From Candidatus Magasanikbacteria bacterium RIFCSPHIGHO2_01_FULL_33_34 (GTDB lineage: Bacteria > Patescibacteriota > Patescibacteriia > Magasanikbacterales > UBA922), in assembly GCA_001782825.1 (NCBI GenBank), contig MFPS01000008.1, positions 73,012-137,011 of the forward strand: a DNA stretch of 64,000 bases, written 5' to 3'. The position numbers were made by a program, and so were the translations under genes. This document shows, piece by piece, positions 40,114-49,725 of this stretch (its first letter is position 1; every line of letters starts with the position of its first letter). The notes below the pieces were generated by a model. That model worked only from the letters and a program-made list of their open reading frames with translations. It did not search any database and was not told the DNA's origin.

Positions 40114-41240
40114 ATAAGCAAATAAGGCTTGCGCTATTATTTATAGTTTTAGTAGCAATTGCATTGACAATTTATCTAATTGAGAGGAAAAAACCTGAAC
40201 AATTTACTATTGGTGAAATCAAAAAAATTTCTTTGCCAATTGATTATGAAAAAAAACAAGATAAAGCAGGTAAATATAAATCGGCTGTAGAATTTGTTCG
40301 TCCATCAGGATTTATTAATACTGATGAGTTTGCGCTTGAAGATTTGATTGGTAAGAAAGTAATTTTGATAGATTTTTGGACATATAGTTGTATAAATTGT
40401 CAAAGGACTTTGCCATATTTGAATGCTTGGCATCAAAAATATCAAGATATGGGACTGGAAATTGTGGGTGTGCATACACCGGAGTTTGATTTTGAAAAAG
40501 ATAGAAATAATGTAGTAACTGCCGCTGAAAAATATGGGGTAAAACATAAAATTGTTCAAGACAATGAATATGGCACATGGCGTGCCTATAACAATCGTTA
40601 TTGGCCAGCAAAATATTTGATTGATATAGATGGATATATTGTATTTGAGCATTTTGGTGAGGGGATGTATGAAGAAACTGAAGCCAAGATCGTTGAGTTG
40701 TTGAATGAAAGGAAAGAAAGGTTAGGAGAAGACATGGTTGCTTTTAATAAGACTGAAATTCAGAATGAAAAAAATAAAAAAGGTGGGCAAGTATATACTC
40801 CAGAAACATATTTAGGTTATTCTAGATTAAAAGCGATTGCAAATTTACCATCGACTCTTTGTCTTGGTAAGGAATGTGAATATACAAAATTAGATTCATT
40901 ATTTATTAATACTTTTGCATTGGATGGCAAATGGGGAATATGGCCAGAATATATTGAGCTTGCAGAAGGTGTGGGATCAATAATATTGAGATTTTCGGCT
41001 GATACAGTAAATTTGGTGGCTGGTAGTGGTGACAGTGGGGTCGTAAAAGCAGAAATTTATTTGGATGGAACACTGGTGTCAGATAGTATGGCTGGTATTG
41101 CAGTTGATAATGGAGTCGTCAATTTTGGAGAATATGATTTGTATAATTTGATTGATTTGAGAGGGGATTATGGAGAGCATACTTTGGAGATCAAAGTATT
41201 AGAACCGGGATTTGAAGCTTATGCTTTTACTTTTGGTTAA
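40110..41240 (+). CDS. DipZ-like redoxin with C-terminal beta domain
   Basis: DFWTYSCINCQRT, GVHTPEF, TPETYLG and AFTFG end. Confidence 0.9.
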   Translation: MNKQIRLALLFIVLVAIALTIYLIERKKPEQFTIGEIKKISLPIDYEKKQDKAGKYKSAVEFVRPSGFINTDEFALEDLIGKKVILIDFWTYSCINCQRTLPYLNAWHQKYQDMGLEIVGVHTPEFDFEKDRNNVVTAAEKYGVKHKIVQDNEYGTWRAYNNRYWPAKYLIDIDGYIVFEHFGEGMYEETEAKIVELLNERKERLGEDMVAFNKTEIQNEKNKKGGQVYTPETYLGYSRLKAIANLPSTLCLGKECEYTKLDSLFINTFALDGKWGIWPEYIELAEGVGSIILRFSADTVNLVAGSGDSGVVKAEIYLDGTLVSDSMAGIAVDNGVVNFGEYDLYNLIDLRGDYGEHTLEIKVLEPGFEAYAFTFG

Positions 41241-41321
41241 TAAATAAAAAGATTAATAATTGATTATTGACAGAGGAATAATACTTTGGTATATTTTGTT
41301 TAGTCTACCAAGGAGGTTCAC

Positions 41322-41636
41322 ATGTTGCCAAATAAGTCAATTGATAATGTCAAATTGCATAAAGATGTTGTAAGGGGTATGGTCAAAGCTATTCTATTTT
41401 TCTTGGATAATGAAAAAGCAAGCTTAGGAGAAATTCAAGATGCTGCTTATCAAGGCATAATGGATGAAGCAAAAACTTTTGTAGAGGAATTTGTAAAAGA
41501 TGGTCTGGGTCAGATGGCAGAAAGACTACAAATTCCAGTAAAAAATGGTGATTATTCCATACTTTGGATATGTACCAATGCTCTTTTGTATCACTATGGA
41601 TATGATAAGGTAGAACCAGTTGATGTAGAATTATGA
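41322..41636 (+). CDS. Orphan hypothetical protein
   Basis: TTGACA-17-TATATT promoter and AAGGAGG SD. Confidence 0.7.
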   Translation: MLPNKSIDNVKLHKDVVRGMVKAILFFLDNEKASLGEIQDAAYQGIMDEAKTFVEEFVKDGLGQMAERLQIPVKNGDYSILWICTNALLYHYGYDKVEPVDVEL

Positions 41637-41796
41637 GTTGAATTTATTTGTGCCATACTATATTGTATGGCACAGACCTGCGGAATATTTCGCGGGTTTT
41701 GTTTTATATTTGTATATTATCAAATTATATAATAGTGATTATTTGATAACTTTTTATATATTTGATAAGATAATTTTACAATATTAATTATAAAAT

Positions 41797-42738
41797 ATGT
41801 CTGAGAAAAATGAATTTATACATTTGCCTGATACTCAAGTAACTATTGATTCTGCAGTATCATTAGAAGAAAAATTATCCAAAAGACAAGAAGGAAGGAT
41901 AAGATATAAACAATATTTTGATGGATTATTAAATAGGGTATTAATAAATATAGAAGATGGAAGTTTAGTAGAAGAATATTATGAAGATTTGGAAGTTATA
42001 AGAGATTTTGGTGAAAAAAATAGGAAATCATATATAGAACAAGGAGCAGAATTTGTAGTGGATATTTATAGTAAGAATATTGATACAATAATATTTATAG
42101 ATAGAAGTGCTAGACCATTAGCTGGTTTTTTTAGAGAAATTTGGAGAAGAATTTATCCAGATAAAAAAATACCAGAAATGAAATTTATTCTTATAAACAT
42201 ACTTCATGGTATATCCACTGATCCTGATAAGATTAGAGAAACTTTTAATAATTTTAAGGGAGATTTTAATGGTAAAAAAGTTCTTATAGTAGACGAGATT
42301 GTTGAATCTGGTGAGACTATTCAATATACGTCTGATGCAATGAGTGATGCTTTCCCTGGTATAGATGAAATTTTTTTAGGTGCAATGTATGATAGTAGTA
42401 GTTTTGATGATAAAAAAGACAATCATAGTGTTAATTTATTAGATATTGCACCACCAAAAGGTTCTGGTGAATACAAAAATAGCGATAAATTAGGGGCTGT
42501 ATTATTTGGAAAAACAAAAGAAATTACAGAGCCAAAAGATGCAGTTTTAGGTGGGGTAGATAGGAGTATTCCAGCTTCTGAAACATTTAAAAGTCGTTTA
42601 TTGCAGGTCGGTAAATGGGAAACATTGGAAGACAATTCAATTAATAGAATGAATGAAAAAATTGAGAATGAAACAGATGATAAAAAAAGAGACAGATTAG
42701 AAAAAATTCGTGAAGCTTATATAAAGTTACAGGAATAA
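41797..42738 (+). CDS. Phosphoribosyltransferase-fold protein
   Basis: FIDRSARP and VLIVDEIVESGET PRPP-binding loop. Confidence 0.78.
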   Translation: MSEKNEFIHLPDTQVTIDSAVSLEEKLSKRQEGRIRYKQYFDGLLNRVLINIEDGSLVEEYYEDLEVIRDFGEKNRKSYIEQGAEFVVDIYSKNIDTIIFIDRSARPLAGFFREIWRRIYPDKKIPEMKFILINILHGISTDPDKIRETFNNFKGDFNGKKVLIVDEIVESGETIQYTSDAMSDAFPGIDEIFLGAMYDSSSFDDKKDNHSVNLLDIAPPKGSGEYKNSDKLGAVLFGKTKEITEPKDAVLGGVDRSIPASETFKSRLLQVGKWETLEDNSINRMNEKIENETDDKKRDRLEKIREAYIKLQE

Positions 42739-43010
42739 ATTAAATAAAAACATAGTTAGTAAAACTATGTTTTTTATTTGGTGAGCCGTTTGGGTTTTCG
42801 TTGGAATATTATAGAGAATATGGTCCAGAAATGTAATAAGGTTTTTAAAAGCTTTGTTTTTAATTTGTGAACATACTGTCAAAATTATGGAATATTACTA
42901 AGAGTAGAAGTAGAGAGGTGGAATAGTATTATTAAGTTATTGTAATTTTACTGTTATTACTGTCATTTATACAAGAAATTGACATTACCAAAAAATGGCT
43001 GTATAATATT

Positions 43011-43313
43011 ATGTACATAAGAAATACAAATTGTATGAGTGAAAAAATCTTAGAGAAAATTTTAAATAAATTAAATAAGTTAGAAAGTACTGTAGATACT
43101 ATTGCAATTGAAGTTGTTGATATGAAAGAACAATTGAAAAATACTACAACTAAAGAAGATTTAACACAAGTAAAGAGTAATATTCTTGGAGAATTAGATA
43201 GTTTTGTTAAATTACATGAAACATTAGATCAAGAATCTGCTGCATTGAAAAATAGCCATTCTCGTTTGGAAGAAAGAGTAACTGTGGTAGAAAAAAAGTT
43301 ACAAACAGCTTAA
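43011..43313 (+). CDS. Coiled-coil hypothetical protein (likely start 43035)
   Basis: Heptad pattern, TKEDL motif; upstream TTGACA-17-TATAAT. Confidence 0.75.
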   Translation: MYIRNTNCMSEKILEKILNKLNKLESTVDTIAIEVVDMKEQLKNTTTKEDLTQVKSNILGELDSFVKLHETLDQESAALKNSHSRLEERVTVVEKKLQTA

Positions 43314-43366
43314 TAAAGAAATAAAATTAAAAAACCACTTGTTTCAAAATAAGTGGTTTTTTTGTG

Positions 43367-43439
43367 TGACTCGGCTGGGGATTGAACCCAGGACCGTCAG
43401 CTTAAAAGGCTGCTGCTCTACCGGCTGAGCTACCGAGTC
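43367..43439 (-). tRNA. trnK: tRNA-Lys(TTT)
   Basis: GACTCGG-TA-GCTC...GCAGC-CT-TTT-AA-GCTGA...CTGGG-TTCAATC-CCCAG-CCGAGTC-A. Confidence 0.94.
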
Positions 43440-43606
43440 ATTTTAGGGTAAAAATTGTATAAAATATAGTTCAATTTTTTACTTTATGTATTGAAGTAAA
43501 TTTTGAATTATACTTTATAATTAACAGTCAATATGATATACTATTTTTAAAGATTAGTCAATAGAAAGTGGATAATATCCGCTTTGTTAGCATAATTTAA
43601 TAACTT

Positions 43607-46282
43607 ATGTTGTATCATAGTAAGAGTGTAGCAGATGTGTTAAAAGAAATGCAAAGTGGTAATGGTGGTTTAGATGATGAAGCGGTTAAGAAAAAATTAA
43701 ATAAGTTTGGTTCAAATAGTTTACCAAAGTCTAGTGATAATGCGAATAGGTTCAAAATATTATTGGAACAATTTAAGAGTCCGCTTATTTTTATATTGAT
43801 AATAGCAGGCTCTATTTCTGGTTTTTTACAGGAATATATTGATATGGCTGTTATTTTTATAACAGTTGGTATCAATACAATAATTGGTTTTATACAAGAA
43901 GACAAAGCCAATCAAGCACTTAAAAAACTTCGTTCAATGATAGAGTATAGCGCAGTCGTTTTGCGTGGTGGTAAACCAATGCAGGTGAAGAGCGATGATA
44001 TAGTCCCTGGGGATATTCTTATTCTTGAAGCTGGTGATAAAATTCAGGCAGATGGTAGAATCATGACTTCAATTGATTTTGAGACCAATGAAGCATCTCT
44101 TACAGGTGAGTCTGAACCAAATAAAAAGAGTAATAGAATTTTGAAAGAAGATATTACTGTAGCTGACAGAAGTAATATGGTATACAAAGGTACAGTTGTT
44201 CTTAGTGGACGGGCAAAAGTGGTAGTTACAGCAACTGGAAAAAATACAGAAATTGGTAAAATTGCTTCTTTGGTAAAAGAAACAAAAGAAGAAAGAACTC
44301 CACTACAAATTCAGTTGGCTAAGTTGGGGCATCAATTGGCAGTTTTGGTTTTGATTTTGTCAGTTATGATATTTATTTTAGGTGCATTTTTTGGTAATGG
44401 TGAGAGTTTGTTTCATATTTTTGAAGTAACAGTGGCCGTGGCAGTGGCAGCTATACCAGAAGGGCTTGTAATAACGATGACAGTAATATTGGCAGTTGGT
44501 ATGCGTTTTATACTCAAACAAAGAGCATTAGTAAGGAAATTGGTGGCTGCAGAAACTTTGGGTTCGGTTTCGGTTATATGTACAGATAAAACTGGTACAA
44601 TTACAGAAGGAAAGATGAGATTGACCAATTTGATTACTAGCAAAGATGATCTGGATTTTGAAGAGTTAAAAACTTTAAATTTGACCAAAGATGAAAAACA
44701 TAAGGAAGCTTTATTTGCTTTGCGTATTGGTGTTTTGGCAAATGATGGAATTTTGGAAAATAGTCATGAAGAGGAAGAAAAATGGAAGATGGTTGGAGAT
44801 ACAACCGATTTGGCATTTTTGCATATGGGAGCGGTAGTAGGTTTGCACAAGGATAATTTAGACGAAACAACTGAAAGAATTGATGAAGTCCCTTTTTCTA
44901 GTGAAAGAAAATATATTGCTACCATGCATCACATTGACAATCAATATGTAGTTTATACAAAAGGGGCGCCAGAAGTTTTATTAAAGAGATGTAAATATTA
45001 TGAGGACGATGGAAAGACAAAGACAATGACCAAAGCTAAAAAAGATTTTTTTCAAGAGAAGATAGATGATTTGACTGATAATGGCTTGCGCGTATTGGCT
45101 ATTGCTTATAAAAGGATTGGAGATGAAAAAATAAAATTGAATGATAAAGAAATAGATGATTTAAATTTTGTAGCGGTAATTGGGTTGTCTGATCCGATTA
45201 GGCCAGATGTAAAAGAAACTATAGCCTTATCGCACAAGGCAAAAATTAAAACAGTAATGATAACTGGCGATCATATAAAGACTGCTCAATTTATTGCTAA
45301 ACAAATTGGTTTGTCTGATAAAAAAGAACAAATTTTTGATGGACAACATTTAGAAAGTATAACCGATGAAGAGTTGGTTGCAGAAGTGAAACATATATCA
45401 ATATTTGCCAGAGTTGATCCTGTACACAAAATTAGGATTGTTCGCGCTTTGCAAGCAAATGGAGAGGTGGTGGCGATGACAGGTGATGGTGTTAATGATG
45501 CCCCAGCTCTCAAAGCAGCAGATATTGGGATTGCGCTTGGTTCTGGTACTGATGTTGCCAAAGAAATTGCTGATGTAGTTTTATTAGATGATGCTTATAG
45601 TACAATTGTAAAAGCTGTGGAAGAAGGTCGTGGAATTTATCAAAATGTAAAAAAAGTTATTTTGTATTTGTTGGCAAGTAGTTTTGCCGAAGTTGGTTTA
45701 GTTGGTTTAAGTTTATTATTTAGATTGCCATTGGCAGTTTTGCCGGCACAGATTTTGTGGGTAAATGTTTTGGAGGATTCTTTTCCAAATATGGCTTTGG
45801 CTTTTGATAAGGGAGATAAAGAAAATATGCAAGAAGGACCAAGAGACCGTAATGAGCCAATACTTGATTCAGAGATGAAGATTATGATCGCGATTGTCAG
45901 TATAATTTCTAATTTGGTATTATTTGGATTATATGTATATTTGTTGCAGGCAATAGATGATTTTGTTTATGTACGTACGATGATGTTTGTCGGGCTTGGT
46001 ATTGCTTCTCTTATATATATTTATTCAATACGAAGTATGCGACATATGGTTTGGCAGAAAAATCCATTTAGCAATAATTACTTAAATTTAGCTTTATTTG
46101 TTGGTTGGGTGATGTTGGTAGGAGCAGTGCATTGGGGGCCTTTGCAAGTCTTGTTGCGTACAGTTGATTTGAGCTTTACTGCTTGGGGAGTTATGTTTAT
46201 GTTTGGACTATTGAATATGGCTGTAATTGAAATTGTAAAGTTTATTTTCTTGGTAAGAAAAAATAAATTAAAATTAATCTAA
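43607..46282 (+). CDS. P2-type (Ca2+-like) cation-transporting ATPase
   Basis: TGES, PEGL, DKTGT, KGAPE and GDGVND motifs. Confidence 0.95.
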   Translation: MLYHSKSVADVLKEMQSGNGGLDDEAVKKKLNKFGSNSLPKSSDNANRFKILLEQFKSPLIFILIIAGSISGFLQEYIDMAVIFITVGINTIIGFIQEDKANQALKKLRSMIEYSAVVLRGGKPMQVKSDDIVPGDILILEAGDKIQADGRIMTSIDFETNEASLTGESEPNKKSNRILKEDITVADRSNMVYKGTVVLSGRAKVVVTATGKNTEIGKIASLVKETKEERTPLQIQLAKLGHQLAVLVLILSVMIFILGAFFGNGESLFHIFEVTVAVAVAAIPEGLVITMTVILAVGMRFILKQRALVRKLVAAETLGSVSVICTDKTGTITEGKMRLTNLITSKDDLDFEELKTLNLTKDEKHKEALFALRIGVLANDGILENSHEEEEKWKMVGDTTDLAFLHMGAVVGLHKDNLDETTERIDEVPFSSERKYIATMHHIDNQYVVYTKGAPEVLLKRCKYYEDDGKTKTMTKAKKDFFQEKIDDLTDNGLRVLAIAYKRIGDEKIKLNDKEIDDLNFVAVIGLSDPIRPDVKETIALSHKAKIKTVMITGDHIKTAQFIAKQIGLSDKKEQIFDGQHLESITDEELVAEVKHISIFARVDPVHKIRIVRALQANGEVVAMTGDGVNDAPALKAADIGIALGSGTDVAKEIADVVLLDDAYSTIVKAVEEGRGIYQNVKKVILYLLASSFAEVGLVGLSLLFRLPLAVLPAQILWVNVLEDSFPNMALAFDKGDKENMQEGPRDRNEPILDSEMKIMIAIVSIISNLVLFGLYVYLLQAIDDFVYVRTMMFVGLGIASLIYIYSIRSMRHMVWQKNPFSNNYLNLALFVGWVMLVGAVHWGPLQVLLRTVDLSFTAWGVMFMFGLLNMAVIEIVKFIFLVRKNKLKLI

Positions 46283-46287
46283 AATAT

Positions 46288-46863
46288 ATGAGTATGAATA
46301 AAGTTTTTATGGGGAAAATAAGAAAAGAGTTACATTCTTATCAATTAAAAAGAAGAGAGATAATTCGTGAATCAGGCGATGCTCTCCATTATGCTAAGCG
46401 AGCAATTTTTTCTATGCATCGTGATGATATGAATGAGGCTGAAACAAAAATAAAAGAAGCTGAAGCAATATTTAAAAAATTAAATATAAAGTTTAAAACT
46501 GATAAGAAGATTCTGTATGAAGGTTCGTATAAAGCGGCGGTAGAGGAATATGTTGAAGCTTCTATTTTTTATCAATTTATTACAACTGGAAAAATTAGTA
46601 ATATAAAGAGTTTTGCAATTGATTCGGATATTTATTTGGCTGGTCTTTGTGATGTGCCAGGAGAGCTTTATCGCTATGCTATCAAGTCTGCTACTGAGAG
46701 GAATGACGAGATGGTAAAGAAGTGTTCCAAAATGGCATCAGATATAATCGGTGAATTGATTGAGTTTGATTTGACTAGTTATTTGCGTACTAAATTTGAT
46801 CAAGCAAAACAAGCCAATCAAAAATTGGAACATGTTGTTTATGAAGTGTCGCTTATAAAGTAA
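46288..46863 (+). CDS. Translin/TRAX family protein
   Basis: AKRAIFSMH, EEYVEA, YLAGLCDVPGELYRYAI and LRTKFD motifs. Confidence 0.85.
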   Translation: MSMNKVFMGKIRKELHSYQLKRREIIRESGDALHYAKRAIFSMHRDDMNEAETKIKEAEAIFKKLNIKFKTDKKILYEGSYKAAVEEYVEASIFYQFITTGKISNIKSFAIDSDIYLAGLCDVPGELYRYAIKSATERNDEMVKKCSKMASDIIGELIEFDLTSYLRTKFDQAKQANQKLEHVVYEVSLIK

Positions 46864-46892
46864 GATATAAGTTCTATATTTTCAATCATGAC

Positions 46893-46997
46893 AGTATTAG
46901 TTTAAATTATTTATTTTTACTCATTCTCGCCTCGGCTCCGAGGGTGATGTCTGTGGAAACATCAAATCCGTAAAAACAAATAATTTAAACTAATACT
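46893..46997 (+). repeat. Structured repeat, copy 1 (upstream of murE)
   Basis: 28-bp outer stem with one mismatch enclosing TCATTCTCG-CCTCGGCTCCGAGG-GTGATGTCTGTGGAAACATCA-AATCC. Confidence 0.85.
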
Positions 46998-47035
46998 TAA
47001 TTATAAATAACATTTCCAATTTTATAAAAAAGTTT

Positions 47036-48343
47036 ATGAATATAAAAGGAAAAGCTAAAAAAATTATACCAAAGAGCCTATTAAATTTGCGTCATTTGTT
47101 TTATGCATGGCTGGGTTCGGTTATTTATAGATGGCCGTCAAATAAAATTTATGTGATTGGGGTAACTGGAACTAGTGGTAAATCAACTACAGTATATTTG
47201 TTGCGTCAGCTTTTGGAGAGTGTGGGATACAAAGTAGGCGCATTGTCTACTATAGAATTTTGTGTAGCCGGAAAATGTAAATTGAATGATAAAAAAATGA
47301 CAATGCTAGGAAAAATGGCTATTCAAAAATATTTGAGGAAAATGGTTGATAATGATTGTAAAATTGCCATTATAGAGACTACCTCTGAGGGGCGTATACA
47401 ACATCGTCATCGTTTTATAAATTATGACACGATTGCGCTTACCAATCTTTATCCAGAGCATATTGAATCACATGGTAGTTTTGACAACTACAAAAAAGCT
47501 AAACTTGATATTTTTGAGTATGTTTCTAAATGTAAAAAGAAAAATATAAGTCTAGTGGAAAATGATAATAAATTTGAAAAAATTTCTATCCTCAATGCTG
47601 AAATTGAACATAAAAAGGAATTTTTGAAATTTGATTTTGATAAAAAAATGACTTTTGGTCACGGTGGTGAATTTGTTCCAGTGAATATAAATATTGGAAA
47701 AGATGGTTTGAGTTTTGCTATTGGTGAACACAAATTTAAAGCACCATTATTTGGTGAATATAATGTTATGAATATTTCGGCTGTGGTTACAATTGCTAGA
47801 AGCTTAGGTATAGATTGGAATATTATTACAAAAGCAGTTTCCAATTTTAGAGGAGTACCAGGTAGAATAGAATTTATTTCTGAGGCAGAAAAAGAGCATA
47901 ATTTTCAAGTAATAGTTGATTATGCCTTTGAGCCAGTAGCTATGGCAGAATTGTACAAAGTTGTAAAAATTTTACAACCAAAAAGAATTATTCATGTATT
48001 TGGCTCTACTGGCGGTGGTAGGGATACAGATAGACGAGAGAAGCTGGGGGATTTTATTGGAAAAAATGCTGACATTTGTATTGTGACAGATGAAGATCCA
48101 TATGATGATAATCCACAGGATATAATAAACGAGGTGGCAGAAGCAGTAGAAAAAACTGGCAAAAAAGAGAATGAAACTTATTTTAAAATAATTGATAGAG
48201 GTGAAGCAATAGATAAAGCAATAAAATTGGCACAAGCAGGGGATTTGGTATTGGTGACTGGTAAAGGTTCTGAGCAAGCTATGGTTGTCAAAGGGAAATT
48301 AGTGCCTTGGGATGATAGGGAGGCTGTTCGAAATGTTTTATGA
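47036..48343 (+). CDS. murE: UDP-MurNAc-tripeptide synthetase
   Basis: GVTGTSGKST, ETTSEG, VPGRIE, VDYA, GGGRD, GKGSE and WDDR motifs. Confidence 0.9.
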   Translation: MNIKGKAKKIIPKSLLNLRHLFYAWLGSVIYRWPSNKIYVIGVTGTSGKSTTVYLLRQLLESVGYKVGALSTIEFCVAGKCKLNDKKMTMLGKMAIQKYLRKMVDNDCKIAIIETTSEGRIQHRHRFINYDTIALTNLYPEHIESHGSFDNYKKAKLDIFEYVSKCKKKNISLVENDNKFEKISILNAEIEHKKEFLKFDFDKKMTFGHGGEFVPVNINIGKDGLSFAIGEHKFKAPLFGEYNVMNISAVVTIARSLGIDWNIITKAVSNFRGVPGRIEFISEAEKEHNFQVIVDYAFEPVAMAELYKVVKILQPKRIIHVFGSTGGGRDTDRREKLGDFIGKNADICIVTDEDPYDDNPQDIINEVAEAVEKTGKKENETYFKIIDRGEAIDKAIKLAQAGDLVLVTGKGSEQAMVVKGKLVPWDDREAVRNVL

Positions 48344-48390
48344 TATTAGATTAAGATATAATAGTATTGTTTATGCTTTAATCTATGATT

Positions 48391-48503
48391 GTATTAGTTT
48401 TAATTATTTGTTTTTACTCCCTGCCTGCCGGCAGGCAGGATTCTCGCTTTGGCTCCGAGGTGATTGCCTGTTGTGGCAATCAAATCCGTAAAAAATATAA
48501 TTA
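48391..48503 (+). repeat. Structured repeat, copy 2 (downstream of murE) carrying a 20-bp palindrome insertion
   Basis: TTTTTACTC[CCTGCCTGCCGGCAGGCAGG]ATTCTCG-CTTTGGCTCCGAGG-TGATTGCCTGTTGTGGCAATCA-AATCCGTAAAAA. Confidence 0.85.
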
Positions 48504-48548
48504 TTAGATTTTTATAAGATTATAAACAATTTTAGTAAATTTATAAAT

Positions 48549-49196
48549 ATGTCTATTAAATTGGAACAATCAGAAGAAATAATTCATATTGCAAAAAAAC
48601 ACATGATTGTTTATATGGCGTATTGGTTATTAGCTTTTTTCTTTATAGTTGCGCCATTCTTTTTTATGTTTTGGCTTTTTGGTCAAGGTATTTGGGGTCA
48701 AATTGCTTTTTTTGGTGCATTATTTATTGGCTTGGTTATATTGATAAGGACAATTTTTTTGTGGAATAAAAATTCTGCTATTATAACTACGCATAGAGTG
48801 GTAGATATAGAACAAAGAGGTTTTTTTGATAAAACTGTAACAGAGATACCTTACAGTGAACTTGATTTTGTAGCAGGTAAAATTAAGGGTATAGGTGGCA
48901 CAATACTCCGCTATGGTACTGTCATTATAAATAATCAAGCAGGAACCATGAGTATTGTTTTAGAAAAAGTTAAACATCCGGTTAGATTGCAAGAAAAAAT
49001 AAATAAATATAAAAAAAGTTTTAATGCAGTTTATTCTGACAAAGGTGTGTGCTTAAATTGTAATTCAAAAAGAAATAGTATATTTGAAATAATTGATAAA
49101 AAAATTAAAAAAAGTGAGTTAGAAGAATTAATAAAAATAAAAAGAGCTATTGATATAAAAATTAGCAAATTACTTGAAAATAATAATGACATTTGA
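48549..49196 (+). CDS. Membrane protein with bacterial PH domain
   Basis: Two TMs; IITTHRVVDIEQRGFF and LRYGTVII motifs. Confidence 0.82.
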   Translation: MSIKLEQSEEIIHIAKKHMIVYMAYWLLAFFFIVAPFFFMFWLFGQGIWGQIAFFGALFIGLVILIRTIFLWNKNSAIITTHRVVDIEQRGFFDKTVTEIPYSELDFVAGKIKGIGGTILRYGTVIINNQAGTMSIVLEKVKHPVRLQEKINKYKKSFNAVYSDKGVCLNCNSKRNSIFEIIDKKIKKSELEELIKIKRAIDIKISKLLENNNDI

Positions 49197-49282
49197 GAAT
49201 AAAATTGGTATAATAAGTTTATTACATAGCAATGTGACTAGCGCTGTTTTGTATATGTATATAGTTTGATAGTTATATTTGT

Positions 49283-49705
49283 ATGAGCAAAGATGCAACA
49301 AAAAATCCAATTGCCAGATTTATTGGTTCACCACTATTTTTGATAATCGGAATCCCAATTGCTATATTGCTTGTTTTTACTTTTGTAAGATCATATTATA
49401 ACAATTACAAAATAAATCAGGAAATAGCCTCTTTACAACAAGAGATAGAATCATTAGAATATAAAAAGCTGGAATCAATGAATATATTGAATTATGTTAT
49501 GAGTGATGACTTTGTTGAAGAAAAAGCTAGAATAGAATTGAATATGAAACGAGAAGGTGAAAAAGTGGTTGTATTTGATAATGGAAACAAGTATAATGAA
49601 GATCGTGAATATACAATAAAGGATACTGGACAAAATATTTCAAATCCGTTAAAATGGTGGTATTATTTTACTAATAAATCATTGCCAAATAATAGGCAAA
49701 ATTAA
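49283..49705 (+). CDS. ftsB: Septum formation initiator FtsB/DivIC
   Basis: TM plus coiled coil; FVEEKARIELNMKREGEKVV. Confidence 0.85.
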   Translation: MSKDATKNPIARFIGSPLFLIIGIPIAILLVFTFVRSYYNNYKINQEIASLQQEIESLEYKKLESMNILNYVMSDDFVEEKARIELNMKREGEKVVVFDNGNKYNEDREYTIKDTGQNISNPLKWWYYFTNKSLPNNRQN

Positions 49706-49725
49706 TGACTTAATGTATAAAATAT

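Noticed and set aside
43565-43585. Imperfect palindrome AAAGTGGATA-A-TATCCGCTTT before the P-type ATPase
   Set aside because: Could be an operator, but it is a single instance with no cognate regulator, too weak to call
46914-46976. HDV-like ribozyme reading of the murE repeat on the minus strand
   Set aside because: I could not build the nested double pseudoknot, and G-U substitutions favour the plus strand
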